A model generated the notes under the pieces. It ran no database searches, was not told the origin of the DNA, and saw only the letters and a list, made by a program, of their open reading frames with translations. The position numbers and the translations under genes are program-made. DNA of 63,428 nucleotides, filler included, from Gonapodya sp. JEL0774 (Eukaryota): the NCBI GenBank assembly GCA_027604505.1. It is 45 parts of 45 records of this genome, joined end to end, with 100 filler letters (N's around TTAATTAATTAA, not from the genome) between each part and the next. Parts side by side here need not be neighbours in the genome. Positions count along the whole stretch, not along the records: positions 32,578 to 33,888 come from JADIIX010003384.1; positions 33,989 to 35,298 come from JADIIX010003385.1; positions 35,399 to 36,708 come from JADIIX010003386.1; positions 36,809 to 38,118 come from JADIIX010003387.1; positions 38,219 to 39,528 come from JADIIX010003388.1; positions 39,629 to 40,937 come from JADIIX010003389.1; positions 41,038 to 42,346 come from JADIIX010003390.1; positions 42,447 to 43,755 come from JADIIX010003391.1; 37 more parts are not named here. One strand, 5' to 3'. Below, in pieces: positions 32,578-45,264 of the stretch (the first letter of the stretch is position 1; each line of letters starts with the position of its first letter).

Positions 32578-33888
32578 GAAAGTTTTATCTTGCGAATTCT
32601 GGATATGCACTTTTTAGCTGTAGCTCATCACCTCCCTCTAATACACAATCAAAAAGTGGGAGTAGGAATCTCTGTCAATAAAAGCAACAGTTGAGAAATG
32701 AATGAGGTGACAGGATTTCACCAAAGACCATGGAGACACATACCAGCCAAGTGGAGGCTCAGGTGTGCCACAATGGGATTCAATTGCTCTTCTTGGGTAA
32801 TTGGAGATTTATTGAAAGTGTGTTGTTACAAGATGTGTCTCTGTAGAGATTTTCCAGCGGAGGCTGGGCCATTTTAATTATGTTACTTACAAGAAAGTGC
32901 TACACCCAAATCCTTTGGTCCACAACCTCCCTAATATCAGGACATCCTTCAAGATAGTAGTTGGCGGGCAGAAACCAGGGAGCAGCAAACAGACTGAAAT
33001 TGTTCTAGATGTCTTCTGCCTCTTGTTTGTACTCATTCTAGATATAGTATTACAGACAATATAAACAAATTATTAGTCCATATAACCACAACCTGATGCC
33101 CTGGCAACATAGTCTACCAATACCCATGTGTCTGTGGTGACTGGAGGTGGGTAGGCCCCCCCCCACACACACACACACACCATCTGGTGGCAGCACTATG
33201 CTCCCAGAAGGTTCAAAGTTTGGGGAAGGTAGGAAGTGCTGCTAGAGCCCCATGCAGAGAGGGCACCAAGTGTTGCTGGACATAACAATGCCCAAGAATA
33301 GGATTTGTAAGTTGACAGAAGGACAAAGCCTTTGTCTCTGTTGCAAAAAGGTCTGCTACAGCCAATAAGGCATTGTCACTATAGTGGTCTGCAGTAGCCA
33401 AAGCAAAAGCATATTTGAGTGGAGTAATGATACACTGCTGCTTCAACTGTTGTCTGTCACCCATAAGAGAAACAATTGCCTCCCCATTCTTAAGAAAATT
33501 AGTGGTGGGTCTGTAATGCTGTTCTCCCTGCATGCAGCACTTTAAACTTTGCATTCGGTTGCCTCCTGGGTTGGATGTATTAATGCTGGTGTTGGAGGTC
33601 CCACTGCCTACTGAGTCAGATGGAGATGCAGAGTGGGATAAAGCTGCAGATAGAGGAATAGTAAGCTGGGATTTTGCGATGTTGACCAGTGATAGAGTGA
33701 TTTCAAAGACTCCATCACTCTCACTAGATTCCACCCCATTATTCTGAGCACTTTGGCAACTTTGCCCATTTGTATGCCAGACCAATCCTCCAAAGTTCTG
33801 GACCGCTTGCCAGTTGCGATGGACCTATCAAAGACAACAAGGCCTTGTATGTCTCATTGATACCCATGCATACAGAGCTTCTTTACAC
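32578..33888. pseudogene. CpG-depleted decayed sequence, probable repeat or transposon relic; short (CA)n near 33164-33180
   Basis: Seven CpG counted by eye in 1311 bp; fragmented frames; no recognisable domain. Confidence 0.5.
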
Positions 33889-34429
33889 NNNNNNNNNNNN
33901 NNNNNNNNNNNNNNNNNNNNNNNNNNNNNNNNTTAATTAATTAANNNNNNNNNNNNNNNNNNNNNNNNNNNNNNNNNNNNNNNNNNNNCCGAAGTCGGGG
34001 CTTGTTGACCGTTTCGGCGTAACAGCTAGCCATTCACCTCCCATAACGGGGGCCTGCCGTTTTGCCTACCACGCTTTCGTTCGTCCCAGAGCTCCCCATC
34101 CCGGAAATCCCTCGCTGGTTTCCTTTGACCTTTCCCGTTCCCGTTCTGGCCCGCGACGGCACTCCGTTCTCCGCCACGCTCCTACAGCCACTCCAATCCA
34201 CGATCGACGCTGCGTCTAATCATTGATATCCGCTTATAGGCTCTGCGTATCTGTCACATCGTTACGTGCCTGGGGAAGGAGGCACATTTGTCTGCCTTGG
34301 AACCCCCAAAGACACAAAATCAGAACAACGCTCACTGTAAACTTCCACTCCACAGTGCTATCGCACACTCACCTCGCTCCATATCGCGGTTTCCATGTCA
34401 TCCTCCGCTTCTCCTTTTGCGTCGCGGTT

Positions 34430-35083
34430 CGTCTCCTCTGTTCGCGGTGCAAAAGGGTGGAATTGAACGAGTGGTACTGGTGGTGAAGAAGTTGAGAGGG
34501 CGGGCATGACGAGTGTCACGGCGAATCCTCATGGCTGAATGAGGGGAAGACCCAGTCGGAGGAGTGCGCGGGTCGTTCTTTCGTTCAACATGCGGAAACT
34601 GGGGAGCGGTCAGCGGAAGTTGGAGATAGTGAGAGCGAAAGAATGAAAACACATTGAAACGTATCACCTAGTGTGTGAATACACCACGCTCGCCATCGTA
34701 ATCCCTCATGGCTTGTCGTCTGCTGGTCCTTCCCTTCGGCGACCATCATCGTCTTTTGCTGGTCGCGGTGCCTGTAAAGCTTATTCTCCCTTCTCGATTC
34801 CGTTGTCTTTCTCCACCTCCCCTCCGCGTCCCGTTTCCAGGTCTCCTCCGTTCGCTTTGCAAACGGGTGGAGTTGAACGAGTGGTACCGGAGGCGACAAA
34901 AGTTGAGAGGGCTGGAGGAATCCCATTGCGAATGTCGTGGCTGAACGAGGTGAAGACCCGGGGTGAGGGGGTGGATGTCTGTCTTTAGTGCGACGTTTCA
35001 TGTGAGTGCGAAAGCTGGGAATCGGAGGACGGAGGTTGGAGAAAGTGAAACCGAGAAAATGAAAAGAACACAAATGGAATATC
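34430..35083. repeat. Diverged direct duplication of about 230 bp with about 410-bp offset
   Basis: TGCAAA(A/C)GGGTGGA(A/G)TTGAACGAGTGGTAC...AAGTTGAGAGGGC...TGGCTGAA(T/C)GAGG...GTTGGAGA(T/A)AGTGA at about 34448 and 34858. Confidence 0.85.
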
Positions 35084-35398
35084 TTGTACGTAGACCATGC
35101 TTGCCATCCGTTGTTCGCAGGTCATCCCGTCCGCCCCATCGCGCATCGGCATTCTCCCCTCGACCCCGCCCCCACTTGGCGCTTTCTCCGGGTTCCCACT
35201 CCCACATGTCCTCCCACTCGCAGCGCCACTGATTGCTGGATTGTACTCACCTTCTCCGCTGCTCCGCGGTTCCATCGAGCCCCAACCTTGCGCTGCAGNN
35301 NNNNNNNNNNNNNNNNNNNNNNNNNNNNNNNNNNNNNNNNNNTTAATTAATTAANNNNNNNNNNNNNNNNNNNNNNNNNNNNNNNNNNNNNNNNNNNN

Positions 35399-36153
35399 CA
35401 TGGCGTCTCGAGCTGAAGTCTCGCACGTTCCAATGCTGCCTTGGCTTGTGTCTTTTGCTGATCCGCCAAATCTGGGCCGGGCCGGGAATCAGGCCGAGCT
35501 TGTATCCATGAAAGGCCGAAGGCAGCTATCTCATTCACTAGAGTCTCTTGGCGCGGTTCCTTATTGCACACGACTAAATGACCTTGAAACTATCGCAAAA
35601 AGTCAGGTGAATGAGGTGAGTTGGAGTTGTTCCTTAACTACTCTCGATGTTGAGGTTCTGCCTTCATAACCAGGTTGCTAGTCCTTGCGACATCGATCGA
35701 TTGAGTCAAGGCCTTGACATCGTCGAAGGCCTCCTCACGTCGTATCTCCCAGGCTTATTCTCATCACTTCCAGTGCATCTCCTCGGCACCTGGCGAGGCT
35801 TCTTTCAGTACCGGTTTGACGAGACCCTGATGGACAGCCACATGGAATTCAAACTTGACCAGTGTAGTTTTATTGAAGACCCTACGCACGGTGCCGCAGT
35901 GGCCCTCGAACCAGGGTACTTCATTTCAGGACGAGGAACAGACTCTCACGGGAATTTTACAATCACGGGGAACGTCATCAAAGATGGTACTTTGGCGGTT
36001 GAGAAGAGATACCGGCGACACTTTTGGCTGTACGAAGGGCTGCTGCTGCCATGTGGGGTGGCAGGTGTGTGGGGTTCCCCTGGAAATCACTCTCAAGGAT
36101 CCGGAACTTTTCTGTGGTGGAAGGAGCAGACCTTGAATTCACTGCCTCAGTGA
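35399..36153 (+). CDS. Hypothetical protein with Gly/Trp-rich C-terminal domain
   Basis: WRGFFQY...ISGRGTDSHGNFTITGNV...WLYEGLLLPCGVAGVWG...GTFLWWK; one GT-AG intron. Confidence 0.6.
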
Positions 36154-36431
36154 TTGACGCACAGAAGGGTGCGACAACTTATTTTTGCTGCGAACCGTCT
36201 GCGTCTCCTGTGAACGAGGGTTTGTTGTTCAGGTAATTTGTTTGGCGAATCCCTTGGTCTAAATACCAGTGCCACTCCATCTGTATTGATGAACATTTTA
36301 TTATTATCGCACTGTACCAATAGAAAATATTTCAGTGAAGAGTGAAGTAGACGAACGTGCCCAGCGCCCGTCGTATCCCATTGGAGCCGACAACTACATA
36401 TTCAGAAGATAAACAAAGTCACTCATGGCAG

Positions 36432-36708
36432 TCACGCCTGGATTGAAGGCACTGCTGCAGGCGCTAATCGCTCAAATAAGTCCACCCACTGATCGGGCTC
36501 CCGGGCGCCGTGGATTTTCAACTTCCCTTCCACGACAAAACACGGAGCTTCCCTGCCTGCGCGCTGGCCATTTGCCCAGGCCTTTGTCGTAACTGCAGTA
36601 TTCAGAAGTTGTCTCAGTATCCATGTGTCGAGTGATGGGTACCAGCAGGTGGGAAGACCACTCACTGAGTCTCTCCAACTCATCGGATTCAAGGAAAGCT
36701 CTGACTGT
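36432..36708 (-). CDS. Possible DsbA/FrnE-like thioredoxin-fold protein, C-terminus
   Basis: AFLESDE...PCFVVEGKLKIHGAREPDQWVDLFERL resembles the PxFxxxG...GAQP end of FrnE-like proteins. Confidence 0.45.
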
Positions 36709-36808
36709 NNNNNNNNNNNNNNNNNNNNNNNNNNNNNNNNNNNNNNNNNNNNTTAATTAATTAANNNNNNNNNNNNNNNNNNNNNNNNNNNNNNNNNNNN
36801 NNNNNNNN

Positions 36809-38112
36809 TGTCCTGGGCGCACACCAGGTCCAGCGCCGCCGAGAGGACAGAGTGCACGTCGGTGACGGTCAGGTTGAGAGCGTAGGCGGGAGAGGAGATG
36901 TCTAGGGTGGGGGGTGAGTGGAAGGGGTGCATAAGGCGGATTGTGAGCAAGTGAGTACGACCGCTGACACAAAACAGACAACAAAAAAAAAAAAGAAGCC
37001 AAAAATGGGCCAGCCAACCCCCAAAAAGCACTTACTGGCCCAGTCCGGAAGTCCCGCCGGCACCGAGTAGTTTGCCACGGTTTGGTTGAGCAGTCCGACG
37101 ACGAGCGCGGGCAGGGCGTGGCTGTCGAGGACGGTTTCGTTGGCGCAGGCCTAGTGGAGGTGGGGGTGTGTGGGTGGAGGTCGAGGTGTGGGTGTTGGGA
37201 GAAGACGTGGTGACGGAAAGGGGGGAAACAAGGCGGTCAAGGTTCGATGTGTCACTTCACGCCACGTCCCCCCGACCCCCCCAGCCCCAGACCCCCCCAG
37301 CCCCAGACCCCCCCAGCCCCCCCATCGTCACGCAACGTACCGCATACGCCCGACCCCAAAACCTCTTCATGGCATCGTGGCACTCGTCACGGACCGAGCA
37401 TACGGGGTCCAGGTAGGTGTGCGAAATGTAAGATGCGTTGGAGAGTTGCGGGGTAGGGAGGGGGGTCTGGGATGGTGTGTGGGTTGGGTAGTGGGTAGGG
37501 AGACAAGGGTTGGTAGTGTGGAAAGGGATGAAATGAAATGAGTGAGGGTCACGATGAGATGAGATGAGTGGAAAAGTCAATCATCTCCGGCGGAGGAAAG
37601 TTTCAATCGCCTGCCGGCGGACTCCCTCCCTTTGGTAGGGAGGAAAGGTTCATTCGCCTCCGGCGGACTCCCTCCCTCCGGTCGGGATAGACGCTCGCTA
37701 TCGCTCGCGTGCAGGCGTTGGGACTCACCTGAAACGCGTCCCAAACATCCAACCCACCACATGCCACTGCCACTTTCACCCACTCGTTCTTCTTCCCGAC
37801 CACTTTCCCACACCCTTTGGACACGTTAGCACCGACGGCCTCGACCACATCCCTCACAGTATTCCAACTGAGAAAGCGTAACGAGTCCGAGAGTTTGATG
37901 GGGTCGGTGGTGAGGGCGAGCAGGGCAGCAGTGAGGTTGTAGGTCTCGACTTGCTGGACGACCCAGGCGGGGTTGATGGGGGCGGCAGAGACGAGGATTG
38001 ATGAGGAGGAAGAGGGGGATGATGAGAGGAGGGACAAGGGGGAGAGAGGGGACGGGGAGAGAGCGAAGAGTGCGAAGGATGCGATGGGGAGGGCGAAGAG
38101 AGAAACGCGCAT
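36809..38112 (-). CDS. Secreted Cys-containing protein of unknown function, 3' truncated
   Basis: Hydrophobic N-terminus MRVSLFALPIASFALFAL...ILVSAAP, several NxS/T sites and spaced Cys across short exons. Confidence 0.55.
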
Positions 38113-38218
38113 GTTTGTNNNNNNNNNNNNNNNNNNNNNNNNNNNNNNNNNNNNNNNNNNNNTTAATTAATTAANNNNNNNNNNNNNNNNNNNNNNNNNN
38201 NNNNNNNNNNNNNNNNNN

Positions 38219-39093
38219 GCTCCAGCACGGTGCGCTCGGTGATGATGGCACCTCACTGGTCCGCGACGGTGGATCAGGTTCTCGGGATCGCGATCGGATG
38301 GTCTTTGCAGTTGATGGGACAGATTTTGACACCGGCGACGTCTTCACCCGCTTCGATGGTGGACCCACCTGCTGCGCATCTTAGATCCGAGTCCGACGGT
38401 CGAGTCTGTGTGGACAATCGCGTGCCCGTTATCCTTTCGATCACCACCATCTTCTCCTCCTTGATTGCGAGTGGAACGTCGGAAGGACGCGGTCGAATTC
38501 CGGCGCTTACTTCATTACACTTGAGTGACGCAAGACGGAATGATCTGGAGCGATTGCGGAACCAGCTTGCGACGTACGATGCAATGTCTCTCGAGAACCC
38601 TCGGAGGTACAGCAGCAGTATCGGCTTGTTGGGAAGTCTCACACTGGGATGGAAGAACTTCTTCTCTGCAGTCACAGCGAGGGATGTTGAATCGGGAGTG
38701 GTTTCGGACTGTCTCTACTCACCGGAGGGACATGAAATCATCTCGAGAGCGCGCTCCACGTCAGCGTTGGATGAGTTCTCCACTTTGTGCTCGAATCCAA
38801 ACTGTCCACGAGATATACGACTTCTAAGCACGAGGAGTGCCAGAGAAGACGATGGCGTTGAGATGGCGGAGGGAACGTGGAGCCCTGCAACATTCCAGGC
38901 GGTAGTTGGGACGTTCCAATGTCGGAGGTGTAGCAGAACCAGGTACTGCGGTGAGGCCTGCAAAGATGTTCATAGTGCGCTCCACCGTGAAGTGTGTGAT
39001 ATGGGAGTAGAGTTCAACAGGAGGATGTTGGAGAGATATCACGCGGGCACGAAAACGACAAAGAGCAGTTGTGAATTAGGTACTCCTACATAA
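38219..39093 (+). CDS. MYND-type zinc-finger protein, C-terminal part
   Basis: CSNPNC...CRRCSRTRYCGEACKDVHSALHREVC with a long insert after the first Cys pair. Confidence 0.75.
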
Positions 39094-39753
39094 AATAATT
39101 CTTCGCGAAGCTGAAGCCAAGACAGTTATCTCAATTTCTTCAGGTCCCTATGTTATGAATTGCAGGAACGGTGTGGATCACTGACATCAAAAGTGAAGTG
39201 CTCCTTGCAATAAAGCTCCTGAAACCATTCCTATAACACATAAACAACTTGTCAATTTGTGGATGTCTCCCTTTCTTTGGCGTTTTCATTTTTCTTCCAT
39301 TTCGGGTGGATCTGAGGAGTGACCTCAGCGAGGCGCAAGGGCTTATGGATGAAGTGCTTTTGCACACCATTCAAAAAACAGAGTTCGCCCAATCCCAGGC
39401 TGTCCTCCGCCCGGCAATCCCGTATAACCGGTCATGTCTTCTCGTCGGCACGACTCGTCGTTTTCTAGCAACAACTACGGCGGCGGGGGTGGCGATTACC
39501 CAATGTCGCAATCGTCATTGGGATCCGTNNNNNNNNNNNNNNNNNNNNNNNNNNNNNNNNNNNNNNNNNNNNTTAATTAATTAANNNNNNNNNNNNNNNN
39601 NNNNNNNNNNNNNNNNNNNNNNNNNNNNTACAAGTGTATTGAGAATGAGACACGATGCGCACAATCTCGATGCGCTTTTGAGATTCAGGTTCTATTGTCA
39701 GCGGGAACATCCGCCTATCCAACTACAACCAATGACATTCTTCCATCCTGCAG

Positions 39754-40937
39754 GTTATGTCCGTCCTGTCCCACCTCAATAAACGTCTAAAATCATCTCC
39801 GTCGATTCAATTGCCCGTCTCAGCACTACTCACTCTGTTCGGGGACCCCAACGTTTCCAATATGGTGAGGAACTTTGCCCTCGTTTATCTGGAAATGGGA
39901 TTTAAGAGGCTAATACCAGAGGTTAGTCCCAGTTCGAGTGGCTCAATTGTGCTTCTTCGTTTGAATAACGTGTATTTTAATGACACGTCAATACCGCAGG
40001 AAGCAAGCAAGATGATGCCTGCGCTGGTCAAGGGTATTTCCAAGCGGCCATCACTCCAACAACAAACGCTTCTGCATATTCTTCTTCCTCTCTTGCCCAA
40101 GTATATGACTATTCTCGCAATGAAGGACCACGCAGGTGCTCAACCATTCACAGTCGACGATCCTTTCGGCTTCCAAAGCAACCCCGCGGACGCGATGTAC
40201 ATCCTTGACAAGTTTGCGGACGTCATGCTTTATGCCCCGCCTCTGTCACCTCCAACACAACGTGGCCCACCCACGCAACAGCAAATTAATGCCCATCGTC
40301 AAGCAGCCAGCTTGACACCAGCCCAACGTGACCAGGGCAGTGCTCGATCAACTGAACTTCTCCCACCGGGACTTTCCAGGGCATCTGTCACCTATGTCAC
40401 CAACGCAGGAAAGGCAACTTGGTGTCAGTCTCATGTTTCACTTCGAGAGATAAAACTGGCAGTTCTCAGGTTCAACGCCTCGACCCAAATATTTGGCCTA
40501 AACACCACATCAGCATCTTCTTCCCCTCTCGACTGGTTCCGGTTCCGTGTCCATCTCATTGCTTCAGTGGACGGCCACCATGAGGTTCAGTCCAAAGGCG
40601 AGGACGGGATCAAAAGAATTGGTCGGCCAGACATGGAAGATGTCACTGTTGTGACGGGCCTTTTTGCTTTGTATCAGGGAACCGTTGACAAAAAGGTGAA
40701 GGAGGACGACAGGCGAACGCCTGCAACAAATGTGCTCAAGCAAAAAGTACTGGTCTACCTAAGTAAGAGTGTGAGAGCAACCAACGTTTTCCCAGGTGTT
40801 GTGCAGGTTGTGTTTGATGCACTATATGGTGAGAGTAGTGTCCCTTTTTGCACCTGGAACATTGAACCTGCCATGAGTTCTACGCACTATCCTGGCAACA
40901 GGTCCCACAACCACTCCAAAACTTCGTCGTGATGGCA
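39754..40937 (+). CDS. ECM29: Proteasome adapter Ecm29, N-terminal fragment
   Basis: VMSVLSHLNKRLKSSPSIQLPV...VRNFALVYLEMGFKRL, HHEVQSKGEDGIKR, LKQKVLVYLSKSVRATNVFP. Confidence 0.9.
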
Positions 40938-42627
40938 NNNNNNNNNNNNNNNNNNNNNNNNNNNNNNNNNNNNNNNNNNNNTTAATTAATTAANNNNNNN
41001 NNNNNNNNNNNNNNNNNNNNNNNNNNNNNNNNNNNNNACGGACGTGGTGATCTCATTTTCGAAGAGTGCGAGGGGAAGCATGTGAGTACAGCCGTTGCGA
41101 AAGAGGGAACATGATCCTATCGCCCCTAAACCACCAACCATACGATGGGCTTGTAGATGCAAATTCCCGATGAGTACCTGACATCACTTGTTGATAAGTA
41201 CCTCTCCGAGGATGCCGATGCTCTATCAGCCAAGCTCGTTGGGAGGCGGATTGCTCGCAAGAACAAGGTTCTTGTGGATCTTGAGGATGATAAGATGATC
41301 GTGCAGGTTTAAACCTGGTTGAACCTTACTCCCGTTATGGTGAGTCCCTCAGCGAATGGCAGGCCGAACAGTTGGTGTACTAACGTTTGAAATCGTCACA
41401 ATCAGGTGGGAAACGTGTATCAGAGTGAAGCGTAGCACGTACCCTGCATTGTTTTTTACGGAATATAGCGTTTTCTGTCTGTTATATGTTTCCGCGAGTT
41501 TGTCTATGTGCGGGTTATCGTAAGCCACTGCCATTCAGTACTTCCAAAGTACAGAGCATATTGATGTACTCGATCAACCTTTGTTGTCTGAACTTTCGTT
41601 TGTCGGGTGTAGTTGGAGCGCTCTTCAGGCTCCCATTCCCCGCCTCTCCGAGGCGGGAGGGAATCCGAAGCGCAGCTCGCGACGGTTCAAAGTGGGCCTT
41701 ATGTCACATCGCGGAACAGACCAGGATATGATCGACAAAGTACATATTTTTGTTTGTGAATGGTTACAAATAAGATCTACGAATTAACATATTCAGGCGA
41801 AGACGACGCGGCTGCAGCCGCCGGCAGTCAAAACCTCAAGCTAAAGTCCTCGCACATTTCAAGACAGGTGAATGTGCCTGCCAAGACCCACCGCCTGAGG
41901 ACCACCTTCCTCCTTTGGCGACGTCGGGTCCCTGCCATTCAGACCAAGGGCGTCCGCCAGGGAAGGACGTGTTCTGGGTACACGTTCACCGTTGGATTTG
42001 ACGCTGTACGCGGATTCGGTAGTGAGCGTTCGCATCATGCCGGGGCCCAAGGAGATGGGTGCGCCACCCTGTGCAGACCCAGGGCGAATTTGATCACTGC
42101 CGACGGATGGACGGCGGTCACCAAGGGGCATGTCGGATTTTACAGCAATGACGGGGAAAGGTGCGCGAGCAAAGAGGGCGCCGGAGATGTTGGTTTTGAA
42201 AGCGCTGTTATTGAAGAAGTGCGAAGTGAAGGGAGAAGACGGTCAAAGTGAAACGTCCATTTGTGGGGTGTGAGATGGGTCAGTGACTCACGAGAACAAA
42301 GAGTTCTTCTCTTGGTGACGGGGAATTACGAGCAACGTGGGTTTGANNNNNNNNNNNNNNNNNNNNNNNNNNNNNNNNNNNNNNNNNNNNTTAATTAATT
42401 AANNNNNNNNNNNNNNNNNNNNNNNNNNNNNNNNNNNNNNNNNNNNTGTGGAGGTCTCAGCTTGGGCCGGTACCCCTGCATTCAAGAACTCCGAATACCT
42501 CGCAAATATGCCAGGCCTCCTTTCACATCTCGCACATTTGTACGAGCAAGGCATTATTGATTGAATGTGCCGAAATTACGGTAAATCAGTTCAACTGTCC
42601 GACCACGGACTTTGTATGTACGTGAGA

Positions 42628-43019
42628 TCAGACTTCTTTTCCCGCAGAAGCAGCACTAGGAGCATCCGCCATGTCCACATCCTCTTTCTTTTTCACCATT
42701 CCAATCTCCTCTAAGTGCCGAGTTATCTGCAAGGGAGTTCACAAACATGAATGAATGCCGAACCGCCATGTCAGCTGCATTGACTCACAAGCTTCTTCCG
42801 TTGCTCCATCTTCTTCACCTTCTTCTTCGACAACTCGGTAGGTCGGATGGCAACTCCGGCTTTCACCACCCTCCCCGCTCTGACCGGAATTTTTGGTTTA
42901 GCATCCTCGATTGCTGCCGTTGCCCGCGCCGTGGTGGCCTTGGATCGAGAACGGAAGGCCGCCTTTTTCGCACGAGCGGCTTTCCCGTTGTTCTTCTTTG
43001 GCCGGGGTCCGCCTGCCAT
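42628..43019 (-). CDS. Small Lys/Arg-rich protein (two exons), possibly nucleolar
   Basis: MAGGPRPKKNNGKAARAKK...LSKKKVKKMEQRKKL|ITRHLEEIGMVKKKEDVDMAD...EV*; clean GT-AG intron. Confidence 0.7.
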
Positions 43020-43126
43020 ATTAGATTATAAGTTTATCAGTGTGTTCTGTTTCTCCTTTGTGGGGGATTGTGTCCGTGACCGCAGCCACATATAGGATCC
43101 ATTCCACTTCGCCCTCTTTGCACAAA

Positions 43127-43733
43127 ATGGCATCCCTCCTCGAATTCCTACCAGGGCCGGGCTATCTCCCCAAGTGGATTTTCGTGGTTGGAGCGGTGGC
43201 AGCTGCCAATGCCCTCTCGTGTTGGACGAGTCCGACGGTCACGCAAGCACGGATATACGGGAAAACGCATGGTAAGGAACACAGATTGCATTGTCAATAT
43301 CAAAGCAATACATCTGATAGCTGATTTCTGGTATTTGTGGCTTGTGATGACTTAGTCAGCCCTCTTGCGAGTCGATTGATGGGAACATGGAACTTCACGG
43401 CTGCTGTAATTCGGCTGTATGGTGCATTCTACATTACCACACGACCGTGCGTAGCGCGTTTGATTGACTTACTGCTGGACCACATGGAAAAGAATATGAA
43501 GCGCGGGCACCCGGGTTATGAAGGTGCCCCGTAGCTGACTGGCCCCAGATTGCGATCAGAAATACGGCGGTATAATCCCTCCTTTCGCTGGGAATTATGC
43601 ACTCTGTGCTTGTTTGAAAGTGAATCTCCCTCACTCCTGTCATTGAACCGTACCCCAGCGTCTATGAATTGACAATGCTTTCGTTCGCCATTGCCCTTGG
43701 GAGCTTCTTATCCGAGATTCTGATCGGAACTGG
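43127..43733 (+). CDS. ERG28: Ergosterol biosynthesis scaffold Erg28, 3' truncated
   Basis: GYLPKWIFVV...RIY...|VSPLASRLMGTWNFTAAVIRLYGAF...|VYELTMLSFAIALGSFLSE. Confidence 0.92.
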
Positions 43734-43895
43734 TGAGTTCTCGCTATCATTTTCANNNNNNNNNNNNNNNNNNNNNNNNNNNNNNNNNNNNNNNNNNNNT
43801 TAATTAATTAANNNNNNNNNNNNNNNNNNNNNNNNNNNNNNNNNNNNNNNNNNNNAGAGTTCTCTTATTGACCTCGTGTGACAATGTATTGATAG

Positions 43896-45164
43896 GGGGC
43901 ACCTTGAAGTCGCTGAGTTTCTCCTTTCCAAAGAAGCAAACGTCAATGCGCAAAACCGCAACGGAATAACTCCACTAAGTAAGTTTAAACCGATGTGTGT
44001 GATTTTCTGATAGTCCCCTTTCACCAACCACACTTGGATTGTGCCCCTCCGTTGATCCCCACACACAGTGTCCGCTGCTTCCAAAGGCACCTCCCCACTT
44101 CTCACTCTGCTCATGGCTCACGACGCAAATCCTTTTCTCACCACGCAAGCCCATGACACCGCCCACGACCTCGCAGCCCAAAACGAAGAATCCCAAACAT
44201 GCCAACTCCTCCAAAATTACGAGCGGGATTACTGGGATAGACACAACAGGAAGGGCACGCTGATGTCATTACTACCTCCTAGATTGGTGGAGGCCATGAT
44301 GGCCCAGGCGGGGGGAACAGTCTCCAGTGGCCCGACGTCGCACAAGACTTCATCCCGCAAGCGTTCCACCACGAACACGAGCACGAGTGCCACGTCCTCC
44401 CGCCGTCTGACGCCCACCACCTCCCAATCCTCCCTCTCCAGCTCTTCGCAAGCGACCACCCCACTCCAATACGACCCCGAACTCCTCCACACTACTGTCG
44501 TCGAACTCTTGCACGAAAATCAACGTTCCTCCTACCTCTCCCCGCGTGCCTTCACGCCAGCCAACCTCGCTCGTGGGGACGCTGCGCCTTGGACTACCCA
44601 TCGCGGGCACCCATGCTCTCGAGAAGAGGTGAACCTGCCTGTGGTGAGGGACACTGCCACAGGGGAGGTGAAGCGTGGGTGGTTTTGGATGGGCGAGTGG
44701 AAAGTGGACACTAAGGGCCGACAAGTGGACAGGGTGGAGGGATGGCAATACGCGAGGTCGTTTGCGGTTGGTGAGGAGGAATGGAGTCCTGAGGTGCCCC
44801 TGGGGTTGGTGGGCAGTTGGGTCAGGAGGAGATGGTGGATCAGGGTGAGGAGAAAGAGGATCGATGTGGTAGAGCAGGACGGAAGCTTGAGGGCGGGGGA
44901 GGCGGGCGCCGTATTGGACCGGACTACATCTGGCGCTTCGCTCACCGCAGCCTCGTCAGTGTTAACCGCACAAGGGACGTACCTCGACCGTTCTCGGGAA
45001 CAACTCTCCCGTCTCAAACCACTCCTCGCTGATCGGTCTGACCCACAACCCACCGCCCTCGCTACATTTGTCTCCACGACTTCTACCGCAAATCACGCTG
45101 AGGCGCGATCAGCCACGGTGCCTGGAGATCTGGACGCGGCGAAGCACAACCTGAGGTGCTACGA
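43896..45164 (+). CDS. Ankyrin-repeat plus DysF (Pex24/dysferlin) domain protein, fragment
   Basis: GHLEVAEFLLSKEANVNAQNRNGITPL; HENQR...WFWMGEWKVD...EGWQYARSF...WVRRRWWIRVR. Confidence 0.88.
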
Positions 45165-45264
45165 NNNNNNNNNNNNNNNNNNNNNNNNNNNNNNNNNNNN
45201 NNNNNNNNTTAATTAATTAANNNNNNNNNNNNNNNNNNNNNNNNNNNNNNNNNNNNNNNNNNNN

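Noticed and set aside
41038..42346. Coding fragments on both strands
   Set aside because: Probably ends of real genes, but frame, boundaries and family could not be established.
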